Source: Tubiluchus corallicola
Lineage: Eukaryota; Animalia; Priapulida
DNA length: 64,000 nt
Direction of reading: 5' to 3'
Assembly: GCA_030141605.1 (NCBI GenBank)
Contig: JAQGDQ010000145.1
Coordinates: 434,001 to 498,000 of the forward strand
How positions within the stretch are numbered: the stretch's first letter is position 1; the number at the start of each line of letters is the position of its first letter. The translations under genes were made by a program, and so were the position numbers. The notes under the pieces were generated by a model. That model was not told the DNA's origin. It saw nothing but the letters and a program-made list of their open reading frames with translations, and ran no database searches. Positions 1 to 64,000 of the stretch are shown here, one piece after another.

Positions 1-1028
1 AACCTTTTTATTATATTGATGGTTGTGGCAGGACTGTGATCTAGCTAATTAATAAGAATGACCATCTGAGGTGAGATGTACCGAAAGAGCAGAGGTGCTT
101 TACTTTTGTTCTAATTTACTTGTGTTTATGTCACCTTCCTCAAAGGGATAGATATGGCAGACGATATAGTAGATGAAACGCCTTCGCAGATGTAAGTGTG
201 GTAGATGTAAGGAGTTTCCGTGGTAGTCCCCTAACCATCACTAACCAAGCCTGCTGTTGCTAATCTTTTGCTTAACAACGGTATTAAGTGCACACTATGG
301 TTATTATTTAATTTGCTGGCCTTATTAATTTTAAAATGTTTAATACATTGTATTGTTCCTTCAGCAAATGCCATTATAAAGTTTATATATTTGTTTATTT
401 GATTCTTGGCATATAGATGTTTGCATTTATGTAACACCTTTATTGAGACATGCACTTTCTGAAAGTATTCGTAAAGCCATTTGGTAGTCAAGCATGAGTC
501 CTGTCACTGTCTTTATTTTCTGTATTTTATTACAGGCTTTATTGAAAAGCTTTGTGTTCATAATAATAGCCATTTACCAATGGCCTAGTTCAAGTGAATA
601 ATTTTTAATCTGTGGGCAGTGGATTCAGCAAGTCAATATACACATTGATTTTTCATTATGTTGCGCACCGAATTTTAGGCATTTGCCCTAGACGGGAGCC
701 AAAATGTGGAAATTGGGCAAACTGCTCAATCGCACTGGGTCAGGCATAGTCAAGTGATAATTAGTCACATTCACCATGCATACTGGTCAATCTGACATGA
801 GCGTAATAATTTACAGTTTTTGATGTGAGTAAATCACACTAGACCAGGTATAATCAAGTCTTTAACATTGTCAAAGAACTGGATCCGATTTCATTCATTC
901 ACATTTGAAGAAATGATGTCGTAAAACAATTGAAATACACTGTTTTCTCATTGAGCTATTCATTTTTTCTTAACTTTTATACTACTGCTCAGTTAAATTT
1001 GTTAAAATCGAGCTTACATTCATTTCAG

Positions 1029-1186
1029 ATGATAAAGAAGATGAAGATCATATTTCCAGAGCTTTCTCAGTGGGAGACGTAGTGTGGGGACAGTCTCACG
1101 GATTTCCGTCATGGCCAGGAAAGCTTGTTGCAAAGGAGGATGTTAACTTAAACCACGTGAAAGAATGGCAGACTGGGAATAAGATG
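1029..1186 (+). CDS. MBD5: MBD5-like protein, coding exon (PWWP domain N-terminal part); the 5' part of the gene lies upstream of the window
   Basis: ttcAG|AT..AAG ATG|GTaag. Translates (D)[52 protein letters not shown]; FxVGDxVWGQxxGxxSWPGKLV is the MBD5-type PWWP signature. Confidence 0.9.
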
Positions 1187-1824
1187 GTAAGCCTAGAATT
1201 GCCAAAAATCATTCCTCTTTCTTTTTGACTAGGTATAAATAAATGGTCTTGTTGTGACTTGAAAAAAATGGTTGCCAAGGTATATTATGTAAAAAATTTT
1301 CACATGTAAGATTCTGTTGTTGCCAATGGGATGCTAGAGTTTAACTAGTTGATCTTGGTGGCTTAATCATATTTATGGTATATTTAATCCTGAAAATTTA
1401 TATAAAGTTGATTCCAACACTTGATTTTTTATTGTTTCTCCCATTACTCTTACTAGAATTAATATTGATAGGTTGGTGACATACTGCTAAAACATTGTAT
1501 TTTAGTTCTGCTGCTGACAAAGTTTGTAATTTTTGAACTTCTGACTGTTTCTGTATCATCCCATCTGCGTAAGTGCACAAGAAGAATGAAAATATTGAAT
1601 TTGTTTAGTTGATTCTGAAATTATTGTTTTGCTAGCAGTGATAATTGTTATAAATTCCCATGGTAAATGTGATGGCAGTCAGTATCTGACTGAAATATTT
1701 TGTGAGTTTTAACTGAAAAAGCCTTAATTGATGTTATAATGTGAAGTGACATAAACAACTTTACAACAACCTGCTTAGCAGATTGGATACTTGTATTTAG
1801 TGCAAATTGTCTGTTTTTCTGCAG

Positions 1825-1937
1825 GTGTGGGTTAAATGGTTTGGAATGAATTCTTACACTCAGGTAAATCCAGAACAGCTGAAATCTCTTTCAGATGGAC
1901 TAGAAGCTCATCATCGAGCTTGGCAAAAACAAAGAAG
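1825..1937 (+). CDS. MBD5: MBD5-like protein, penultimate coding exon (PWWP)
   Basis: ttttctgcAG|GTG..AGA AG|GTaac. VWVKWFGMNSYTQVNPEQLKSLSDGLEAHHRAWQKQR; phase 0 to phase 2, consistent with neighbouring exons. Confidence 0.9.
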
Positions 1938-1966
1938 GTAACAGTCTGCATTTGCTAGGCCTGAAC

Positions 1967-2108
1967 ATTTTCAAGTAAATGTCAGTACGATGCACTGGTT
2001 AAGTAAATAATTACTTCCATCAGTGCTTATATATATATATATATATAAGCACTGATGGAAGTTATTATTTACTTAACCAGTACACCATACTGACATTTAC
2101 TTGAAAAT
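1967..2108. repeat. Near-perfect 142-bp palindrome with (AT)n centre, inside an MBD5 intron
   Basis: attttcaagtaaatgtcagtacgatgcactggttaagtaaataattacttccatcagtgctta-(ta)n-taagcactgatggaagttattatttacttaaccagtacaccatactgacatttacttgaaaat; 4 mismatches between the arms. Confidence 0.95.
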
Positions 2109-2348
2109 AACACTAGATATAAGCATGAATGTTTTTGAGGTGAACATAAGCAGCCCAATCTCAAACCAGGTTTTTGAATCTTGATTGCAGAGCAGTGGCA
2201 ATTATTTGGTACAGCCACTAGTACGGCAACCAGTTATTGCCAATAGTATGAGAAATGGATTTTATTAGAAGGTAAAACATTGAAATCAAATGGCAAATTA
2301 CATAAGCGTTCCAACTGAATGTGCATGACAGTTTGCTTGGATTTACAG

Positions 2349-2487
2349 TGCACGTAAGATGGACAGTAGTCTAGAAGCAGCTATACAGGAAGCCATGTCG
2401 GAACTGGATAAGAGGCAACCTCCTGAAACTCACCTGGTCAATATCGGAGAAGATGGCAAAGTGTCAAAACGTAGACGGGTACGTTGA
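2349..2487 (+). CDS. MBD5: MBD5-like protein, last coding exon
   Basis: tttacAG|T GCA... (S)ARKMDSSLEAAIQEAMSELDKRQPPETHLVNIGEDGKVSKRRRVR*; LEAAIxEAMSELDK and the basic C-terminus match the MBD5 C-terminus as I recall it. Stop TGA 2485-2487. Confidence 0.9.
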
Positions 2488-5417
2488 GTCTGAACACAAA
2501 AACTCATCAGCAGTTGTATAGGTGAACGACGGGAAAGAATGTCATTTCTTTCTACATTTACGGTTATGTGTAGGGCCTACTTGTTCTAAGTACTAGTGTA
2601 TAGTTATTACACGAAAACTTCTTGACACGTCATTAAGACAATAATTGTACAAGGATTGTTTTGTTTTGTGTTATTTATTGTGTTCAAAGAACACTTTGTT
2701 TTAAGTTTAAGTGCATCAAAGTTTATGAATGCTGTCTCTCTCTCTGTACTGATCAACTTATTAATTTTGTAGTAGGATAGTAATTATTTAATCTGCGAGC
2801 CACTAGATATAACAAGTCTCAACAAGCTATAGTTTTCTGCAAGAATATTTCCATATTTATTTATTTCTTGCTTTACCCTACATGCGATATTTGGCAGCAG
2901 GTTATAATAATGTAGTATAATGTTAGGTATGCGAAGTCGTTTTATATACATACTAGTTTATAATGTAATAATGGGAAAGTTTTATTCACGAGAAAAAGCT
3001 ATTTTTGTAAATAAGTAAAAACGAGCAATGTGAACGTGTTCACTTTAAAAATCATTTGGTTGAAATAGTATTGTTGCTTTGCCCAGTATTGCTTCTGCAT
3101 TAATGTCACGATTATTATTATTACTAACTATTATTTACTTTGTCTATAGTTACACTACTGTATTACATAGTAAATATATATCCTGTATAGGTTAAGATTT
3201 ATCGTTATTGTGTAATTTTACATTTTAGTTGAGCCAGTCTGCTTTTAAATTATGGTGGCTCATACAAGCTTAGCTGTAATGGAATAAGTTACATCGTTCA
3301 TAACTTTTACTTTGTAAAAAGGTTTTTCAGCTAAAAATTCAAATTCATTTACGCAGAGCTCTATTGTTGTATAGATGTTGTACATAAGTAAGCTTTGTTT
3401 TCGTTATTATTGAATTATTTAGTACATTTCTGTAATTGTAGAGACCACTGTAGTAAACGTCTAAATGTATGTGTTACTGGTTGGATGTTTGAAAAATGAA
3501 CTATTCTGGTTTAATTATGTCAAAGACTTGGTAACGTTACTCTCTGCACTTGGTAATGAAAATGTTGAAGTTACTTCTTTAATTCTTTCTGTTGTACTTC
3601 TATAGTAACCATCTGATATGGAGGGCTAACACATAAAAGTGATAGGTCTAGAGAGCATTGTATTTCTTGTTCTTGGACATATTTATAGCAACCTTCTCTG
3701 ATCTTTTTTCATTGATTGTGATTGTGATTAAAATTCATTCAACTGATTTTTACACCCCGTTGATAAAACTAGTTTATTCAGAGTATGGATCACCAGAAAA
3801 AAAAACGATTCAAAGTATTACGGGTGTTGTTTAGAAGGTGAAATCTGAGAAAGTACCAAGCATTTTGCCACTGGTTTTGCTTTTTTGCTGCAACAAATAT
3901 CATTTTCTCACCAATGATTAGATAAAAAAAACTGCTATTATATTGTATGTATTAACGACTGATAACGTCTGTTACAGATCTGAGACTTGTTTTAGATTTG
4001 TTCGTGTATTGTCAACATAACTGTAACTATAGATAAGTTTTTTAATCAATATTCCTTTGGGTTGTTTTATCTTGTTTTTCAAATTGTGAGGACAGATGCT
4101 GCTAGAAGATTGGTTAAACGTCTATTTTAACTGTTTGCTATACTATTCTTCATAATTTTTGTTTGACTCGTATCAAACTTACCTGCATGGATGAGATGGA
4201 ATTTACTATAATACTTTAGGCAGAATAAGTAAAATGAAACACTTTTTAGGCACTATTTATTATTATGCATTTTCCCTAAGTAACATTTGAATTGGTACTG
4301 GAACTGCATTTGTGCCAGTTCGTGTTATTAAAATGAATTACTCAAATAGGTACTATTATTTATTGCATATTTGGAAAGAACACAATGAATTTTGTTAATT
4401 GTAGTAAGTCTTTTAACAGTTTCACGATGACGCACAGTTATTGTAGGTCAAGGTTTAAGTGAACCCCACAACCGCCACGTGACATGTGAGTAAAGCAATC
4501 AGTTCAGTAACTTCAGTTGTAAAGCCATTTTCTTGCTGTTTTACATGGACTTTACTTAATTATGCATTAGTCTGTGCACTGTAGAGTGATTTACTAGCAG
4601 AATCCTGCTTGGGAACAAGAAAAAAATGAACTAGGTAGGGTTCTAGCTCACTGTTAAAACTGTTATAGCATGGGCTTCGAGGCATTGTCTGGCTCACTTA
4701 TCCTTTGTCCTTTTCATGATCATCATCAATAGGTGGAACTGTAAAAACGCTTATTTATCTATTTTGCCAATGTCTTGACAAGTTGTTTTATAAAGACGCC
4801 ATGTAGAGGCTTTTTGGCAACCGTTTCTGGAGGTTATTAGAAATTGTGAATTTTTTGTGATACTAGTTTAAGTTGTTTAAGTTTCTTGTGTCCCGGTTTT
4901 GTTGTTACTGCAACATTTGGGTGATTAGCATATTTATTATTAGGTTAATGTGGAAGAACTAACATTCAGTCAGGTAGAATCAACCAGTGGATCTTTGTTA
5001 TCAGGTTAAACCCTTCCTCTGGTATTTGTACCATCTAATTAACCTACCGGTGAACATAGATATTATTACAATTATGTATAAAAATTATCTGCATTATTTA
5101 TTCACATTTTTGTGATCAATTTTGTAATTATTGGTCCGACTCCTACGTGTATACAGCATAATTTAAAAAAATGTCTTAATAATTGTATATACACGCTTGA
5201 AAATAATAGGCTATTATTTGTTGCATACTGTATCACTGTTATTTAAATATGTCACATATAATATATAGGTATATACAAATTTTCAATTGCTTGTTTGCGT
5301 TTTGTTTTGAAATAGTCAATTTTTCAAAAGCCTTTATCAGTAACAATAATGAACAAAAATTTAATATTACATATATATTACACTATGTATTAGGCAATTG
5401 CACCCGAGTGAAAGTGA

Positions 5418-5463
5418 AATAAATGAAGACTGGAGAAACATTTTTAACTAAAATAAGTTTATT
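5418..5463. terminator. Candidate facing polyadenylation signals of the two convergent genes
   Basis: AATAAA on + at 5418-5423 and on - at 5458-5463, close to where + strand composition flips from T-rich to A-rich. AATAAA is common in such AT-rich DNA, so this is tentative. Confidence 0.35.
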
Positions 5464-6980
5464 TTCAATAATCAACACCAATTGCAGGAATCTACATTAC
5501 AGCAAAATATATCTCTAAATAAATACATAAATCACCTTTAATATTTAATAATAAATCATGAATCAATAAAAAATTCGCATAAGAATAAAATATTAAAAAA
5601 TAAACAAAACTTGCTATTTGGAATACACTTTGGTTCATATTTATTAAGCTCAATTCATTATCATAGTCTGAGCAACTCCATGCTTATGGTTTATTGAATC
5701 CTGAATATTTATATATAGTAAACATTTTATCTTTGGTATGTATACATATCTAATCATAATATAATATAGATAAATACTTGTGTACAGTGCTTTGGTCAGA
5801 GCTATAATAAAAATGCAGGACTTAATTTTATAGACATCTGATACAGTAAAGGCAGCCAAGAATTAATATATCTTAGCAAACCGTTCAGATAAACACACCT
5901 GTTCATCATCATTAGTCACACCTGTAATCAGGAGGAACCACAAGAAACATAACAATTTGACAACAGTGGATACTAGCAATTACAATTTGTTCAATCTTAA
6001 TGTATGAAATCCAAAAAACAAACACTTTTTGTGCGAATACAAACAAAACAAATGTTTGTTCTCTTAACACAACTGTAAACCTGCACATGATTAACTCACA
6101 TTGACTCCAGCACTTGCTTGATGAAATTTCTTTATTGCAACAGGGAGTGACTTTGAAATCATGGAATTTTAGCTAAAGATCACGACTATAGCAACTGGCT
6201 AATTAATGTTACTGAAATTACAATATAGCTCTAGAGGCTCACACAAAATATATGTTAGGATTTACTAGTTCACGAATCTAAAGCAACTAATCGACATAAT
6301 TATACAATTAAGTTAACATAACTTTACGATAATAAACCCCTGACATAAAGGGTTTTAAAGTCATGAGATAAATTTTAACATTGTTTCCAAAAATACTGCA
6401 TAGTTTTCAGCACAATATTTACACTCAAAGTTTTTTTTTATATTTGTGTGATAACGAAGGCAGTTCTTGCTCAAGTCATAATGTAAGCCTGCAAGGGTCA
6501 TCATAACAATATTTATATGGATTTATTTTGTCACAACTTTATTAATATTAAAATTTGTGGCTGTAATTTAAGTTGTAAAAAATCTCAAATTTGTAAAATT
6601 TAAAAAAATTTCGATTGAAAAAACAATTGAAGTTTCCTATATTCAGGAAAACAAATTCTATTCAAATAATAAAATATGTAAAGGATATTAATACTTTTTG
6701 GCCAACAAGCAATTTGAACAGAACAAAAAAGAGAGTCTGAATCACTGAAAATGCCTGTAGACCGACTGTGTATTGATTGAACATTGAGCAAATTTGAAGA
6801 TTACATTTTTTTCCCCTAAAACTTGCTTCACTTTATAGATGCAATTATAGAGTTAAATTTGAAAGGCTCACAGTATAAGTAAAAGAAAAATTTGATTGAC
6901 CAATGAAATTTTCAAATATAGAGACATTTCACAATAAAAGCTAAGCTATAAAAAGCCTGAAATATTAATTTATAAATTGT

Positions 6981-61982
<55,002 letters not shown>

Positions 61983-62167
61983 GAATAGGTCTTATTACTG
62001 ATTATTATTACTTCTCTTAAATGGCTTCCTAGATTGATAACCCAAGTGATTCAACAGCAGGTGTAACAACAGTCTAGAGGTCACAATAATCTTAGAAAAC
62101 CTTTGGACTATTATTCACTAATGAAAATATTGCAGTAGGCAAACCGTGTCACGTATACATGTTCTGC

Positions 62168-62490
62168 CCAATTCATGCGCAATATTGGACAGTTCCTTGT
62201 TCCTTTTACCAATAGGGAATCAATAAAATTGTGTATAATATGATTAGCGGTTACTGGGTGCTTTGTGGGCTAGCCAAAAATGCAGACTCAACATAACAGT
62301 ACACCACTAAAATTAAAAACGGACCAATAAAAAGCAGTTAGCACTCGCGATCATTGCAAAATATCACTTTATTGTAAAAACTCTTTCTGAATTAGATAAC
62401 ATTATAAGATTAATAGACGTGGAAAAACGAGCACTGCTTCAGAGAGTTTGTTCCTCTGTACCGTGCCGTCTCTGACTATTGGCTTTGCAT
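62168..62490. promoter_or_regulatory. Candidate promoter region upstream of the mucin-like gene
   Basis: Cluster of CCAAT/ATTGG boxes (about 62169, 62185, 62209, 62325, 62478), 0.2-0.5 kb upstream of the ATG; the TSS is not determined. Confidence 0.3.
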
Positions 62491-63309
62491 ATCGTACCTT
62501 TACATTGTTTGCAGAAAACGTCTTTCGTTTTAACATGTAGGAGGCGTATGAGTTTTAGCACTGATACCAAATATTTCGTAAATACAAAAAACGCACTGTT
62601 TTTCAATAGCAAAGGACGCTCAAAAAGCGAAGCAGGTTATAAATAATTTTCGCAACATCAACCAAGTGAAGATTTTTCAAATTTTGTTAACGTTATTTCA
62701 TATTTTTGGGGCTGCGGTGTCGCTGTTGTGGGTTATTTTCCTTGATCCGCACACCACTTTAAAACAAGTTAAGCAACTTAAGCGGTTTTTGTTGACAGGG
62801 TACATTACACGTCATGTTAAACAACCCCACCAATTTTTATTTATATTTACCCAGGTGGGTGAATTCCCTACCTTAAAACCACTAACCATATATTGATCAC
62901 ATATGTATGTTTATTTGCTAATAAACGACAGAGAACGATAGGAAAGGTTAAGTCTTATCTGAATCCATTTTGACATTTTTTGTTAACGTGCGCCATTCCG
63001 AAAATGGAGAATAAAATTGAAATTGAATATCCTATTTGAGGTCGAATTATAAAATAAAATCGTAAGCTCACTAGAACTTTTGATCGACTGAAACGTGTCG
63101 AGTTGGTCATCTGTCAGTCCGTTCATTGTCAATTGAAGCACTTGAAATTATAATTTTGAAGTGAGAGAAAGCGTGTGTAATACTCAACACTTTTCAATGA
63201 CTTCTAACCTGTAACATTGTGCAACTTGCTAAAATGTTCTCATGTACTGGTTTGCTCAAAATGCTGTCGAACAAGGGCTGTAATATACTTTATATATTTG
63301 ATGATAGTA

Positions 63310-63659
63310 GGTGTGACCTTTTGTGGCTCCTAGGCTAATGAAATTATGGGGGCCCTCAAACGAAGTCACCCTCTAATTCGCCCGCACCAGTCTTGAATTT
63401 TTTCTCGTGATACATTTTAGCGACATTTAGATAGCTTGAAATAAAGCTATTGCAAATTCTTTTAAAAAACTAGAATAGCTATCTTTTGTTTTTCAATTAA
63501 AATATTCTTTAAGAAATGCTATTTTACTATTTATTGCAAAGCAGATTAGCATACATTTCAACACTATTGTTGTGAAAAAAACAGATTTTTATCAAATGTA
63601 CCAAAGCTTGAGGAGCCCTAGGCTGCAATCTGTCCTAGCTATAGGATAATCCGGTCCTG
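63310..63659. mobile_element. Probable hAT-type MITE
   Basis: ggctcctaggc...ggggccc near the left end; gccctaggc...taatccggtcctg at the right end. Confidence 0.45.
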
Positions 63660-64000
63660 AGTGTATGCTTTGCATATTCTTTGCATATTATTAGCGTAAG
63701 CTAATTTAAAATAATGCATCGAAGTCAGAACTTATCTGGTAAATGGTCATGATGAGGAATGTTCGAATGTATGCATCAAAGTATAAGTAGTTATGTTGTT
63801 ATGTGATGATTGTGTTCTAAATCTCAGCTGTTTGTACGCCATAGCGCATGTATCAATCTCACGTAATTTTCACTACAGCCCTAATTTTTTTTGATACTAT
63901 CGAAGCCGCGAATGTTCAAGGAATTAAAAAACAGTCATATTTTAAAACTGATTATTCATAATACGATCCAGTCTAATGTTTCAGTCTAAGATTTGAAACA

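Noticed and set aside
231-1000. Additional MBD5 exons or the short ORF at 231-491
   Set aside because: No coding-like sequence with matching splice sites found; treated as intron.
62666-62896. Hydrophobic + strand ORF as first exon of a divergent gene
   Set aside because: Starts at GTG, has no recognisable domain, and no convincing downstream exon lies in the window.

Overview
AT-rich eukaryotic (metazoan, probably marine invertebrate) genomic DNA with spliceosomal introns. The ORF track is mostly exon fragments, transposon debris and repeat artefacts. Two convergent genes were reconstructed by hand. (1) + strand: the last three coding exons (1029-1186, 1825-1937, 2349-2487) of an MBD5-like gene encoding the C-terminal PWWP domain, followed by a probable ~3 kb 3' UTR. 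(2) - strand: an apparently complete 32-exon gene (ATG 61982 to TAA 6981; all introns GT-AG with matching phases; 4542 nt, 1513 aa). It encodes a type I membrane protein: signal peptide-NIDO-AMOP-VWD(GDPH)-Cys-rich/Ig-like linker-~10 EGF-SEA(FRNG|SI)-2 EGF-TM-Tyr-rich tail with NPxY and C-terminal YVYF. This is a MUC4/SUSD2/mesh-family mucin-like receptor with two potential autoproteolysis sites and no PTS mucin domain. The introns are packed with mobile DNA: a BEL/Pao LTR remnant with 5-bp TSD and Arg-tRNA-like PBS, decayed L2, CR1, RTE-X and other LINEs, a Penelope fragment, Helentron/HINE-like elements, hAT-, piggyBac-, pogo- and mariner-type MITEs, several nested insertions, a 28-bp minisatellite and microsatellites. 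No prokaryotic system or CRISPR array is present. All coordinates were read by eye; transposon boundaries are approximate and family names come from motif recognition, not database searches.
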